Shown piece after piece: positions 38,707 to 53,185 of a stretch of DNA of 64,000 nt. The notes under the pieces were generated by a model, which saw only the letters and a program-made list of their open reading frames with translations, was not told where the DNA came from and ran no database searches. A program made the position numbers and the translations under genes. Each line of letters starts with the position of its first letter. Within the stretch, counting starts at the first letter, position 1. Source of the DNA: Macrostomum lignano (Eukaryota); the NCBI GenBank assembly GCA_002269645.1, contig NIVC01001912.1, forward strand, positions 62,001-126,000, in the 5' to 3' direction.

Positions 38707-41700
38707 CTAAGAAATCGCACAAGCTCCTTCCGACTGCGAGGTTGGCTCAACCGGATTCACCAGTGCAGACTCTGGCTGGTCCGGACTGTCCGAGTCCGGC
38801 AGTGACTGCTGCTGCTTGCCAGCCAGATCGGCTGCACCAGCGGCGGGAAAGTCGAATTGCTGACGACAACCTGACGGTGGCACAGGCGTTGGCGCTCCAG
38901 CGGCAGCTGCAGCCGGGGTTGCTGAGGTATCGCTGAGCACTGGCGACGTTGGGGCGGAAACGGCGGCTGCTGCGGCGGAAGCTAAGGAACCATTGGTTAG
39001 GGATGCTTGCTGCTGTTGTTGCTGCTGTTGCTGTTTGACTTCGTCGCCGCCACCAGACGACGTGTGCTTCCGACGCATCAGGGCGCCGGCTGACGAGCTC
39101 CGGTTGATCGAATAGTCAATCATTGTTGCAGTTGTTGACGATGAAGCTGGAGCAGCTGAAGATGCCGCAGGTGTTGCTGCTGCCGCTGTCGCCGCAGAGG
39201 CATCGTCGCCCGGTTTTCCAGTCCGTCCGCCGGCTGACGAGTCGCTTTTCAGCCGGCGACGCACCAGCATGAGCTGCTGGCGGGCGCGCAGGTCGGCAAA
39301 GAAGCCCCGATAGCCGGGGCACTCGGACTCGGACCAGAGCGTCAGCAGCAGAAGGCCTTCGCGGAGTCGCTCGGCCGTGACCGAATCGGTCGGCGACGAT
39401 AAAGCGGCCTCAGCTGCGGCGGTGTCGCGCAGTACGGCAGCGACTAGGAGGGCCCAGTCTAGACAGCAGGCTTCGTTGAACACCTTCAACAGCCAGCGAA
39501 GTCTAGCGGCCATGCCGGGCGGGCCAGTGTTGGCCAGCTCGGCGGTGAGCTGGTCTAGCTGCTCCTCGGCCAGGCTCTCCGCCGTGGACTGAGTGGCCGA
39601 ATTGCGACCGTCGCTGCTCAGGTCGCCGCCGACGGCAGTTGCCGCCGTCGATGGCGAGTCGTCGGCGGGGACGAAGCGCGGCTTTAGAAACACCTGCTTG
39701 TCTGGCTGGTGCTGCTGTTGCTGCTGCTGCTGCGGGCGACGGGCCAGCGGTGCTGCTAGCGGCGGCTGGGACGGACTGGCGACAGAGGGCGGTGCCGGGT
39801 GGGCCGGCAGCAGCAGGTGCGACGCCTCGCTGATCTCCGCTCCGCCGCTGCCGTTGTTGCCGCCGCTGCTGTTAGCCGCCGTTGGCCGGATAGGCAGGGG
39901 CCATTTGAAGTCCAGGTGGAGCTTCTTCAGCGCGCTGACAAAGTCTGTGACTCGACCGGGACCCAGCCTGCGGTGGGCGTTTGCAGGGAGCCTGTTACAC
40001 ACTGCATGTTACAGTGACTGTTACAGTAATCCTTACACAGTACATGTTACAGTAACTGTTCACACTGCCTGTTACAGTAATCCTTACACAGTACATGTTA
40101 CAGTAACTGTTCACACTGCCTGTTACAGTAATCCTTACACAGTACATGTTACAGTAACTGTTCCCACTGCCTGTTACAGTAATCCTTACACAGTACATGT
40201 TACAGTAACTGTTCACACTGCCTGTTACAGTAATCCTTACACAGTACATGTTACAGTAACTGTTCACACTGCCTGTTACAGTAATCCTTACACAGTACAT
40301 GTTACAGTAACTGTTCACACTGCCTGTTACAGTAATCGTTACACAGTACATGTTACAGTAACTTTTCCCACTGCCTGTTACAGTAATCGTTACACAGTAC
40401 ATGTTACAGTAACTTTTCCCACTGCCTGTTACAGTAATCGTTACACAGTACATGTTACAGTAACTTTTCCCACTGCCTGTTACAGTAATCGTTACACAGT
40501 ACATGTTACAGTAACTTTTCCCACTGCCTGTTACAGTAATCGTTACACAGTACATGTTACAGTAACTGTTCACACTGCCTGTTACAGTAATCCTTACACA
40601 GTACATGTTACAGTAACTGTTCACACTGCCTGTTACAGTAATCCTTACACAGTACATGTTAAAGTAACTGTACACACTGCCTGTTACAGTAATCCTTACA
40701 CAGTACATGTTACAGCAATAACTGCAAACCTTTCCCGCCTGAGCCAGGCCACAAACTGGTTGTTCTCGAACTCGATATTAGCAGCAAATCTGGCCAGCTC
40801 GTGTACCCGATAGTGACCGAGCAGATTGCGGGCGTGCCGCAGCAGAATGCCGTTGACTTCGTCGGAAAGGTTAGGCAGGCCGCTAGCCAGACTGCCGGCG
40901 CTGAAGCCGCCAGCTCCGGCAGAGGCTGTGGAACCAGCTGGACTGGCAATGCCGCTGCCGCCTGTTGTTCCAGCTGCAGCCAGTACAGTCAATTCCGCAT
41001 TGACGCCTGCTGATGAAGTGCCGGCAGCCGATGACGCGCCGGACGTTGTCGACGTTGTGATCGACGCCGCTGCTACGGACGCCGCGGCAGCTGCTGACTT
41101 GCCGGCGCTGCCGTCTCTCTGAGTCCCAGATCTGGCAGAAAAATTTTATTAGAAATTTTAGCCAATTTTCTAAATTTTTAATAGTATTTTCTTGTATTTA
41201 TACTAGCAGTAGTGCAACTAGCACATAATAGTAGCTGTGTTAGTAGTAGAAAAAACACACTAAATCAAGTATATAAATATTTGACATGAGAGAAACAAAT
41301 TAGCCAACTAAATCAATGGTGAGAGTACTATTAGTAGTAAGTAGTTTTTACGCAGAGGTCACCACAATGTCAAGGGACTCCTATCGATACCTTGCTAAGT
41401 CGCAAATCAAGGGGCGACAGTTGACCCGCACAGCCAGGGAGGAGGAGGCAAGCATGTCAATGTTAATTCCCCCGAACCCTGAGCTATAGCTTGTAGATTT
41501 GACTCTTATTAAAGTTAATATAATAGACTACAAGCGAGAGAAAACGTGTTAAACAGTGAAACAGTGCAACAATTAAACAGTGAAGTTATATAAATAACAA
41601 AACGGCTCGAGGCCAAAAGCTGCGCAACTGACTTTGTTTGGTACTGGTTCAGACGGCCAGCTGAAAGGCCGTACGAGGCTGAACTTCTGAAAGAAATTAG

Positions 41701-44700
41701 CGTATAGAAGAGTTAGAGTATGCAGTGTTTGAGTATGGAACTGAAACAACCGCAAATCAATATGAGTCAGTAGCCCGATGAAAACGGTACCCAGGGCACA
41801 AGAAGCGTCCCAGAGTGACTTGTGTCGCCTCAGAGTTGTTTCAGATAACACAGGTAAAATAGGAAAGAAGCGACTCTAGACGACTCTAAGACGACCGAGA
41901 TGTCACGGTACAAGTCGTCAAAAAATCGTCTTAAGAGTCACCCCAGAGTCGCTAAAGTCCCTGTAGGTGTTATTTTTTCACCGTAACGTTTCAACAAGTA
42001 GAGCATGCATTAAAAAAGTAAATTTATTAATAACATCACGCCATGCATACCGAAATTTTGCCATCAAGAGATTACATGTAGGTAAATTAATACTAAAACA
42101 AATAACAATTTTAGTACCTTGAGTGCAACAAGTCGACAACACTACTTTCAAGTTTAATTAATGCATTCATAGGTAGCAACAAGATAACTCTTAACAACAT
42201 CCAACAGCTCATGGAATCACCGAGTTCCCTCAGCCAGTCACTCAACAGAATCACCAAGTTGACTCAGCCAGTCACTAAACAGAATCACCAAGTTCACTCA
42301 GCCAGTCACTCAACAGAATCACTAAGTTCACTCAGCCAGTCACTCCACAGAATCACCAAGTTCACTCAGCCAGTCACTCCACAGAATCACCAAGTTCCCT
42401 CAGCCAGTCACTCCACAGAATCACCTAGATCACTTCGCCAGTCACTCCACAGAATCACCTAGATCACTCCGCCAGTCACTCCACAGAATCACCTAGATCA
42501 CTCCGCCAGTCACTCCACAGAATCGCCTAGATCACTCCGCCAGTCACTCCACAGAATCACCAAGTTCACTCCACCAGTCACTCCACAGAATCGCCTAGAT
42601 CACTCCGCCAGTCACTCCACAGAATCACCAAGTTCACTTCGCCAGTCACTCCACAGAATCACCTAGATCACTCCGCCAGTCACTCCACAGAATCACCTAG
42701 ATCACTCCGCCAGTCACTCCACAGAATCACCAAGTTCACTCCACCAGTCACTCCACAGAATCGCCTAGATCACTCCGCCAGTCACTCCACAGAATCACCA
42801 AGTTCACTTCGCCAGTCACTCCACAGAATCACCTAGATCACTCCGCCAGTCACTCCACAGAATCACCTAGATCACTCCGCCAGTCACTCCACAGAATCAC
42901 CAAGTTCACTCCGACAGTCACTCCACAGAATCGCCTAGATCACTCTGACAGTCCCACCCGTCAGCCTCACCGCCTAGCAGCGAATGTGTCAGCGACATCC
43001 TGGCCAGCAATAGACGAGGAGCCGGACTTCAACGGTCCAGACGGATAGCGCATGGCTCCGGCGTGGTGCCGTTTAGCCTGCGGCGCGGGCGCGGCGGCGG
43101 TGGCGGTGTCAGCCAGCTCGGCCGGGTCGATGCTCTTGAGAAAGCGAATGAGATCGCGAGCCAGATTCCAGTCCTCGCGGTCTAGAGCAGCGTCCAACAG
43201 TAAAGTGGCGTGCTGCTTGCTAACAATGGGTTTCTCGGTGTTCTCCAGTATGAGCAGGTAGGACGCGGCGGTCTTCAATTGGCCATTAACTAAGCTCACT
43301 TCGAATAGGTCTTTAGGACTGCCAACATTGGCGAATAGGTAGGGCCAGAGTGATACTTCGGTTTTCCTGGCGCACCTGGCCACCGTGTCCAGGTATTGGG
43401 CGGGGAACTCTTGTACAAAGGCCACCACCCTGGGCAAGAGAGGGTCAGGCACCGGCTCCTTGCTGGTGGCTTCCTCTTCTAGGACTTCGTGTAGCAGCAG
43501 CTCCAGGCAGTGGTTGAAATAGGTGAGATGGGCGCTGGACTTGGCTATGTGCAGGGCGTGGTGGCCAAGACTGAAAGTGGACCAGGGATTCGCCGATTGA
43601 GTCACTTTTTCGGAGCGGCTCAGATCTACTAAGGCGTATTGTTTGGAGTATGAAGGCGGATGGTGAGATGCAGACAGGTAGAGATAGGGGTAGACATTGA
43701 GATTTAGACAGTAGATGGTGAGATGCAGACAGGTAGAGATTGGGGTAAGACAGTGAGATTTAGACAGTAGATGGTGAGATGCAGACAGGTAGAGATTGGG
43801 GTAAGACAGTGAGATTTAGACAGTAGATGGTGAGATGCAGACAGGTAGATATGGGTAGACAGTGAGATTTAGACAGTAGATGGTGAGATGCAGACAGGTA
43901 GAGATAGGGGTAGACAGTGAGATTTAGACAGTAGAATGGTGAGATGCAGACAGACGAGGACAGAGTAGACAGTGAGATGCAGACAAGTAGACCGGGGGTA
44001 GACAGTGAGATTTACAACTATTCAATAGTGTAACTGACAGCAGATTGATGACTCACTTTTTCCGCAGCAACTGTTTGACAATATGATTAAGGAAAATTTG
44101 ACTCTGAAATGAAAACAAATTGAATAGATACACAGTGATGTACCGTAAATGAAGAATAAATAGAATTCCAACGCAGCCAAATCAACTCTTACAGTTTTCT
44201 CAATGACATTGAAGGGCATCAAAGCCAGAGGCGAGATATTATCGGACGGCCCGGAGACTCGACCCTGGGACAGGGTCAGGCCAATCGACTGGGAGACTTC
44301 GTTAATACAGCTCAGGAATAGGACCTCCTCAAACAGTACAACTGCGGACGGTTAAGGGATTAGGGGATTTTGATAATCAACAGAATTTCCAACAATCCCA
44401 ACCCTTTGAACACAGAAAATTCTCCCTTTAGCTCACCTAGCGGATAAATCTCAACGCAGAATGGCAGCATAATCCGTTTGGACAGGTAGCCTTTAGACTC
44501 GCGATTCGATGATACCAGCGGTAGCCAGACTCGCATGCCCTGCAGGTGTGTTTAATAAGCAGTGAGCACGATTGAGATATTTTGCAAATTGGAATGCACA
44601 GCTTTATTGTTCATGATACGGACATTATCGACCAGACCAGAGAGGAAAAAGATCAGTGAAGGATTAGGAAAGGATTAGGACAAGATCAATAGGGAATTAG

Positions 44701-47700
44701 GACAAGATCAATAGGAGATTAGGACAGGATCAATAGGGGATTAGGAGAGGATCAAGAGGGGATTAGGGCAGGATCAAGAAGGGATTAGGACAATATCAAT
44801 AGGGGATTAGGAAAAGATCAAGAAGGGATTAGGACAGTATCAAGAGGGGATTAGGGCAGGATCAAGAGGGGATTAGGGCAGGATCAAGAAGGGATTAGGA
44901 CAATATCAATAGGGGATTAGGAAGAGATCAAGAAGGGATTAGGACAGTATCAAGAGGGGATTAGGGCAGGATCAATAGGGGATTAAGACAAGATCAAAAG
45001 AGGATTAGGGCAGGATCAAGAGGGGATTAAGACAGGATCAAAAGAGGATTAGGACAGGATCAAGAGGGGATTAAGACAGGATCAAAAGAGGATTAGGACA
45101 GGATCAAGAGGGATTAGGATTAGATAAAAAGAGATTAGGACATAATCAATAGGGATTAGAAGACACCTAGAGGATTAGGATCAGACATTCAGATGATTGT
45201 TCGGGACTATGCAATTAAAGTATTATAGACAGACAGAGTACTTTAAGAATACAAAATACAATAGGCAAACCTGAGACCCGCAGTTCAGCCAGATCGAGTC
45301 GGTCACGTGACGCTGCCGCTGAGCGGGAGTTTTAGGCCGATGCGGCGGTGTCCACACAATTTCAACATTAGTTGCAATCACCATTGGCGAGCAGAATGGC
45401 AGCGGCCTAGCAACCGGTGAGCCAATCACAGCCGACGAGGCCAGCTGATGCTGTTCGTAAGCTGCCGCAGTTGCCGCGGTCACCGGCATGAGCCCGCCGC
45501 GATCGCGCTGAAAGAAGTACAGCCTGCCAGAATAGTTCACTAGCACAGACTCCGGATGCTGCTGTCCGCCTGACTGATGACGGCTGCGACCGGCCAAGTC
45601 AGCCGAGTCAAAGGAGGCGCTGACGCCGCCGCCGCCACTAGCCGATGGGAAAGCGCCGCCAATCTCGGAGCGCAGATTAGTTAAACAGATTTGCAATACG
45701 CAGCCGGCGTCAAGCATATAACTGGATAGGCTTAACTCTTGCACGTGACTCAGCTTAGCCTGGCCGTCAGATTCGGACAGGGTGAACATGTCTAACTGAC
45801 AGTTGGCGCTCAGCAGCACCAGCTGGTTGCCAAGGAGATTCACCAGCTGCGGCTGGCGCACGTGCTGGGCTAGCCGGTGAATGCAGGCCTGGGCATTGTC
45901 TAGGCGAGACTGTCGAGGGTACACGCGCAGCTGAGGGAATCGGAATTGGGGCGGCTTTGGTGCTGTGCGAGAATTTCTCATTGAATGAATCTCTCGTTCG
46001 TTAAAAGGGAATTTCTCATCTTCAAAAAGAGGAATCTCTCATCGATAATGAAGGGTATTTCTCAGCTTTAAAAAGAGCAATCTCTCATCCATAATGAAGC
46101 AGTATTTCTCAGCTTTAAAAAGAGGAATCTCTCATTTAGAATGAAGGGGAATCTCAGCTTTAGAAAGAGGAATCTCTCATCTAGAATGAGGGGGTATTTC
46201 TCAGCTTTAAAAAGAGGAATCTCTCATCTACAATGAGAGGGAATTTCTCATCCTTAAAAACCGAATTTCAATTGACAATGAAAAGTAATTTCTCACCTCG
46301 GCTCGGCCGCTCTCTAAGCTAACATCGCTCATGCAGATATAGTCGGCGCCCCACCAGACTAAGCCGCCTTGCACTGTGAAGCTGCGCTCCTGCGTTTCGT
46401 TGCCAAATAATTTCCATTTTCGAGTAGCGATGGCGTAGTGCAGGAAGCCTCGGCTGCCGGCCACGGCCAGGTAACGGCCGCCTTCGTCTATGCTCACGTG
46501 CTGCGGCAGAGGGGTGCGTTGGGGGCTTAACGGTGACATGGAGGCGATCTCGCGTAATTGAGGAGCTGGGGGAGGGTTAAAGGAGGGTCGTGGGAAGGAC
46601 TAGGGAGGGTCATAGGAGGGCTATTGGAAGAAAAGGGAAGGCGGCAGGGAGGGTCATTGGATGGTCAGGAGATGTTTATTGAAAGGCCAGGGGAGGATCA
46701 TTGGCAGGTCAGAGAAGGATCATGAAATGTCAGGGGAGGGTCATTGGAAAGTCAGGGGAGGAGGGTCTTTGAAGGTCAGAGGAGGGCCGTGGAATGTCAG
46801 GAGAGGGTCAGTGGATGGTCAGGGGAGGAGGGTCATTAGAAGGTCAGGGGAGGAGTCGGAGGACAAGGATCCATTTAAAAGGCAGTAAGGTCCCGCATAT
46901 GCCGGTGACACTCGCAACACACTGAAACTCACCCGTATAGGCCAGTGAGCGGCAGTATACAGGGCCGGCAGGCAGGCAGTGTGCCAGTTTTTACTGCCGC
47001 CGTAGAGCTGAGCGGGCTCAGCGCCGCTAGTATGAGGATGATGCGGCGATAGGAACACCCGATCGGGGCCGCACTGCACAATATGCCGCAGATTGCCCTG
47101 GCAAGGATTATCAACTAATCCGGACTTGACAAAGCTATACAGAGACAGGCCGCCTCGATCGGTGATGGTAGCCATGAGGTAGCCGCTGCAGCACCAGCAG
47201 GCGTCGATAAGGCCCGCTGCTGGCGAGGCTGGAGCCGGAATGGACAGCAGCAGGAAGCCGCCAGCTGTCCAGAGGGCGATGTGTCCCCTGTCCCACAGGC
47301 CTAGCAGCACCGCACAGTCTGGGGTCCATCTCAGAGCCAATAGCTGAGTCTGTTGCCCAGCTGCCAGACCCAGCCCCGGCGGATGGTGCTTCGGCGTCAG
47401 GCGGAACCGATTGCTCATAGCGAATGCGCTAGTATCGTCGTCGGCGGTGAATATGACCACGTCGGTGCCGCGGCCTCCGAATGCAACGGTTCGATATTTA
47501 TTATTGACCGACATGCAGGTGGCGTACTTCAGATTCTCGGCTAGGATGCCTTCGACCAGCTGGATTTTAAATATAGATATTTGAGTGTGTTGTGCTTCAT
47601 ATCAATTGTGTCTCTTCATGCATGCAATGTCTTTTTAATGTAGCGTTTGTCTCTGTCTCATGTAGCCTTGTCTGTCTGCCGCTTTCTACCCGCATCATTG

Positions 47701-50700
47701 TCTGTTCCTGTGTCTAGCTTGTGCTTTTCATGTGTCCGTCCGTATCTTAGTGTGTCTACCAATGTATCTGCCAGTATCTTAATGTGTCTGCCGGTATCTT
47801 CATGTGCCTGCCAGTATCTTCATGTGCCTGCCAGTATCTTCATGTGTCTGCCGGTATCTTAATGTGTCTGCCGGTATCTTCATGTGTCTGCCGGTATCTT
47901 AATGTGTCTGCCGGTATCTTCATGTGCCTGCCAGTATCTTCATGTGCCTGCCAGTATCTTAATGTGTCTGCCGGTATCTTCATGTGCCTGCCAGTATCTT
48001 CATGTGTCTGCCGGTATCTTCATGTGTCTGCCAGTATCTTCATGTGTCTGCCGGTATCTTAATGTGTCTGCCGGTATCTTCATGTGTCTGCCGGTATCTT
48101 CATTTGTCTACCCGTATCTTCATGTGTCTACTAGCATCTTGATGTGTCTGTCAGTATCTTTGTGTCTGCCAGTATCTTGTGTCTGCCAGTATCCCGATGT
48201 GTCTGTCAGTATCTTTATGTGTCTGCCAGTGTCTTCATGTGACTGTCAGTATCTTTATGTGTCTGTCAGTATCTTTATGTGTCTGTCAGTATCTTTATGT
48301 GTCTGTCAGTATCTTTATGTGTCTTCCAGTATCTTTATGTGTCTGCCCGTATCTGCATGTGTCTGTCAGTATCTTGATGTGTCTGTCAGTATCTTTATGT
48401 GTCTGCCAGTATCTTGATGGCTCTGTCAGTATCTTGATGTGTCTGTCAGTATCTTCATACGTCCTACTAGAACAGAAAGAGCATAGAATGAATAATACCG
48501 AACTGAACGCGCACCTTCTGGTCCAGCTTAGTAGCCGAGTTAGTGGCCAGCAGGGCAGCCTTGCCATTGGACAGCAGCAGCACGAAAACGCCTAAACTTG
48601 GACTGAACTCCAAGTGGCGACAGTGCAGGCCCTCCTCGGCGAGTCTAGTTGCTCTTGAATGCTCCAGATCGTAGAAAAACGTCACCTGACCCAGATCTAC
48701 AGACTGATGTTGATTCTGTTGCTGTTGCTGATTCTGCTTTTCGCTAACAATGACAGACTGCGAGGCGCCGCCATTCCAGCGCAACCGACGAATTAGGCCA
48801 TCTTTAGTAGCCACAATCAGGTCGTCTTTGAAGTGGCACATTGACGTCACCTGACTGCCCAGGTGGATTGCGTCAGACAGGCGAAGCGAAACCAGAGGCT
48901 GACGGCCGGGAGCCGACTTGCCTGTTCGACCCTGCCGGCTGGAGCGATCAGTTGGAGTGGGAGATATACGATCGGGGCAGATAGACAGAATCGGGAGCGG
49001 ATAGCCGGAGGATCAGAGGGCGATAGCCGGAGGATCAGAGGGCGGATAGCCGGAGGATCGGGGGCGGATAGCCGGAGGATCGGGGGCGGATAGCCGGAGG
49101 ATCGGGTAGCGGATAGCCGGAGGATCAGAGGGCGGATAGCTGGAGAATCGGGGTGGAAAGCCGGAGGATCGGGGGTAGATAGCTGGAGGCGGATAGCAGG
49201 CCGATCGGGGGCGGATAACCGGAGTATCGGGGAGCGGATAGCCGGAGGATCGGGGAGCGGATAGCCGGAGGATCGGGGAGCGGATAGCCGAAGGATCGGG
49301 GGCGGATAGCCGGAGGATCGGGGAGCGGATAGCCGAAGGATCGGGGAGCGGATAGCCGGAGGATCGGGGGCGGATAGCCGGAGGATCGGGGAGCGGATAG
49401 CCGGAGGATCGGGGGCGGATAGCCGGAGGATCGGGGAGCGGATAGCCGGAGGATCGGGGGCGGATAGCCGGAGGATCGGGGAGCGGATAGCCGGAGGATC
49501 AGAGGGCCGATAGCCGGAGGATCAGAGGGCGGATAGCCGGAGGATCGGGGGCGGATAGCCGGAGGATCGGGGGCGGATAGCCGGAGGATCGGGTAGCGGA
49601 TAGCCGGAGGATCAGAGGGCGGATAGCTGGAGAATCGGGGTGGAAAGCCGGAGGATCGGGGGTAGATAGCTGGAGGCGGATAGCAGGCCGATCGGGGGCG
49701 GATAGCCGGAGGATCGGGTAGCGGATAGCCGGAGGATCGGGGAGCGGATAGCCGGAGGATCGGGGGCGGATAGCAGGCCGATCGGGGAGCGGATAGCCGA
49801 AGGATCGGGGGCGGATAGCCGGAGGATCGGGGGCGGATAGCCGGAGGATCGGGGGCGGATAGCCGGAGGATCGGGGGCGGATAGCTGGAGGTTGCAGCTG
49901 AGCTATTTTTTAGAATCATATAGCAACTATTAGTATTATCCAACAATAATGATCATATGATACTACTGCCACTATCCATACTAGTAGGAACAGCTGAATA
50001 TGACTCACACATCCATGTCGGACACCAATACAGAGCTGTCGCCATCGCCTAAGTCGACAGTGAGAATTAGAATGTAGCCTAGAGTTGTCTGAAATATATT
50101 AATAATTAAATTTATAAACGTAAATAACCTTTAAAAATAAATTATCTAGCAAAATTCCATTTAAATCAATTGGCTATTTGATTACCGAAGCAGCTAGAAT
50201 AGTGTTGGTCTGGCTGAGCAGAACCAGTTGAGTCTCGCCATAGTGATTGACAGACTCTTGAGACCTGTTGTAGGAGCACAGCTGGATGCAGGTCTGAAAT
50301 GGGCAAATTCAATGCAAATCAGTACAGGAACAAGATGAATCAGTACAGGAACAAGATGAATCAGTACAGGAACAAGATGAATCAGTATAGGAACATGATG
50401 AATCAGTACAGGAACAAGATGAATCAGTACAGGAACAAGATGAATCAGTACAGGAACATGATGAATCAGTACAGGAACAAGATGAATCAGTACAGGAACA
50501 AGATGAATCAGTACAGGAGAAAGAATGAATCAGTACAGGAACAAGATGAATCAGTACAGGAACAAGATGAATCAGTACAGGAACAAGATGAATCAGTACA
50601 GGAACAAGATGAATCAGTACAGGAGAAAGAATAAATCAGTACATGAGAAAGTTGAATCAGTACAGAAACAAGAATAATCAGTACAGGAATAATATTAATC

Positions 50701-51161
50701 AGTACAGAAACAAGATTAATCAGTACAGAAACAAGATGAATCAGTACAGAAAGAATATGAATAAGTACAGAAAAACAAGGTTAATCTCATTACAGGAAAG
50801 GCACATCACAAAAAGCAATTATATATCAGGCCTTCAAAATTGAAACCATATAATGCTACAATAAGTAGACTAAAATGTCTATACATATGCTATGTAACAT
50901 ATTGTAACACTTACCCTGACATTGTAAATGTAAAATGAATAGTCAGAAGCAAACAACACAAGATGTGGATGCTCATCAAATGTCTGCAGAAATTGATGGC
51001 CTGAAATTATTTTTTAATCATTTTATTTTTTATTAACTACTATTAGTAGCTTAAAACTTTAAATGCACTTCTGAAAACTGTTACTCACTTAGTAGGCGAT
51101 TTTTCCAGGAATATCCAATACAATTAGTAAGCAGCTGCGGCCATCCTGATAGAAAGTACAT
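38707..51161 (-). CDS. RIC1: RAB6A-GEF complex partner RIC1; 14 exons, ~1607 aa
   Basis: Exons 51161-51089 (MYFLSGWP), 51000-50915, 50293-50186, 50088-50009, 48938-48515, 47559-46933, 46500-46297, 45930-45271, 44539-44437, 44341-44193, 44103-44057, 43570-42971, 41131-40730, 39967-38707; all phases compatible (4824 nt). Motifs [45 protein letters not shown]. Confidence 0.93.
39993..40716. repeat. 51-bp minisatellite, ~14 copies, RIC1 intron 13
   Basis: CACTGCCTGTTACAGTAATCCTTACACAGTACATGTTACAGTAACTGTTCA. Confidence 0.97.
42212..42950. repeat. 33-bp minisatellite (CAGTCACTCCACAGAATCACCTAGATCACTCCGC-type), RIC1 intron 12
   Basis: Read directly. Confidence 0.96.
43655..44015. repeat. ~53-bp minisatellite (GACAGTGAGATTTAGACAGTAGATGGTGAGATGCAGACAGG...), RIC1 intron 11
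   Basis: Read directly. Confidence 0.9.
44655..45180. repeat. ~22-bp purine-rich minisatellite (GGATTAGGACAGGATCAAGAGG), RIC1 intron 8
   Basis: Read directly. Confidence 0.92.
45985..46260. repeat. ~46-bp repeat (TTTCTCAGCTTTAAAAAGAGGAATCTCTCATC...), RIC1 intron 7
   Basis: Read directly. Confidence 0.85.
46560..46870. repeat. Degenerate purine-rich repeat (GGTCAGGGGAGGAGGGTCATT), RIC1 intron 6
   Basis: Read directly. Confidence 0.75.
47755..48462. repeat. 20-bp minisatellite (ATCTTCATGTGTCTGCCGGT), RIC1 intron 5
   Basis: Read directly. Confidence 0.95.
48965..49890. repeat. 22-23-bp minisatellite (GGATAGCCGGAGGATCGGGGGC), RIC1 intron 4
   Basis: Read directly. Confidence 0.96.
50328..50770. 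repeat. 21-bp minisatellite (AATCAGTACAGGAACAAGATG), RIC1 intron 2
   Basis: Read directly. Confidence 0.95.
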
Positions 51162-52734
51162 GCTCACTACTGGCACTTGATTAATATGCTCATTGCTGCA
51201 ATGGGCAAATTGATTTGGTGAAACTTAGTTTATCACCATTTTAAATGAATAAAATATTTAAATTTTAAGACAATTGATAATAAGATCTATAAAAACAAAA
51301 AATTTTAATGCAATAAAAATAATTGCTAAGGTCAAGGGTAAATTGAAAAATTGATGAAATCTTAATATTTTTTTTAAATTATCATTTAGATTTTTCTTAC
51401 TTTTTATTAAAGTAAAATGCAAAGCTAAGTTGTATGGCTAATATAATTTCAAAGGTTATGCATATATATATTTAAATATATATATATATAGTAGTCTATA
51501 TATAGGCAGTGTATATTTATAATCTCTAATGATCTTAACTTTTCCTACAATAACAAAAATTCTTTGCCAAAGCTTGGACTACTCTTAACAAATCATTTGC
51601 CAAAATGGCAAGCTTTAGTCAAAATGGTCACTGCAAAATATTTTTTGTCAAAAGTTCCTTTGCTAATTTGGGTTAAAACTGTCCCAAATAGTATTACTTT
51701 GCATTATATCTCTCATTCTCATTCTAATGACTTGGAGAAATATAAAACTTAAGCAATAATATATTTCTTACAATCTTATATCTAAAGCTGAGTGGATCAA
51801 TCGACTGACTGGGTTTAACATGTATATCCTCCTAGACAGCTGCCAACTCAAATGCAGGACTTATATATATCAATGCAGAATTTTCTTATGCAACAATAGG
51901 CTATTTAAATGTTGAAATTTTCAAAATTAAGTCTGTTAAAAAAACAGAAAACTGTTTTCTTAACCTTCTTTGGCCACTTTTTCTGCTTTGAACTAAAAAT
52001 TCAGAGCATCAAACTGAAAATTTGCATCAATTTTGAGTGATTGCGCCACAACTTTTTCCTATCTTGGCAGTGTATTTTCTCTCCAGTGGGGTGGATAGGG
52101 CATTCTAAGTGGCTGCATGTGTACACTTGGACCCTTGCTAACTGGCAGGCAGTGAAATTCAATGCGTAAACTTGCGAGCCTCTCACTGTAGCAGGCAGTG
52201 AATGTACACTAAAAAATACAATGCTTTAAACTGGGAAATTTCAAACACAAACTGTTCCTCAAGTTTTGAACTTTGAGAGAAAAGACTTATATTGCTGGAA
52301 AGATCTTTCAATGCTGAGTTTGGGGATATAAGTTGTTTGCTTTAAGTATGAAAACTAAAAGCACAGCATTCAAAAACGATTTCTATACTTATAACTTTCT
52401 GCAAAGATTGTACTTATTTTTGCAAGATGCAATAGATAAATTTGGAGGCTTCAACTGCCACTGTGTATTAGAGGGTTGATTTATATTTTGCAATCAATTT
52501 GTTAACTTTAACTGAGACTCATACTGACTAAAAAATCATTTTTGCAATCAATTGATTCAATTGGTTCAATTTTTTTATTATCGGCACCTTTTAATGGGCA
52601 GCACAGTGTAGCTCTAACCCTAACCACTGAATCCTTTTTTGTATATATATATTTAAGACAGACAATTAGAAAGCCTTTTTAATACACTCCAATTGTTGAT
52701 TAAATTGATGGATTTCTGCTTGAAGGAGATAATA

Positions 52735-53185
52735 TTGATAGATTTTTGTTTAATGGAGTGAATTTTGATAAATATTGCATTTCATGGAAAGGATTTTGAT
52801 ATATTTAAGTTTCATAGAGAGGATTTGATGGATTTAAGTTTCACAGAGAGAATTTTGATAGATTTAAGTTTCATAGAGAGGATTTTGATGGATTTATATT
52901 TCACGAAGAGGATTTTGATGGATTTAAACTTTACAGAAAGGATTTTGATGGATTTAAGTTTCACAGAGAGGATTTTGATGAATATCTGTTTCACAGAATG
53001 AATTTTGATTAATATCAGTTTCACGGAGAGGATTTTGATGGATTTAAGTTTCATAGAAAGGATTTTAATGAATATCAGTTTCATGGAGTGAATTTTGGTG
53101 AGTATCAGTTTTACGGAGAGGATTTTGATGGTTTTAGGTTTCACAAAAAATATTGATGAATATCTATTTCATGGAGAGAATTCTG
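52735..53185. repeat. 30-bp minisatellite (GATTTTGATGGATTTAAGTTTCACAGAGAG) upstream of RIC1
   Basis: Read directly. Confidence 0.92.

Noticed and set aside
39593-40813. 406-aa + strand ORF and 237-aa - strand repeat ORF
   Set aside because: Antisense of a GC-rich RIC1 exon plus the 51-bp array.
47784-50843. Repeat ORFs ([22 protein letters not shown])
   Set aside because: All lie inside RIC1 intronic arrays.
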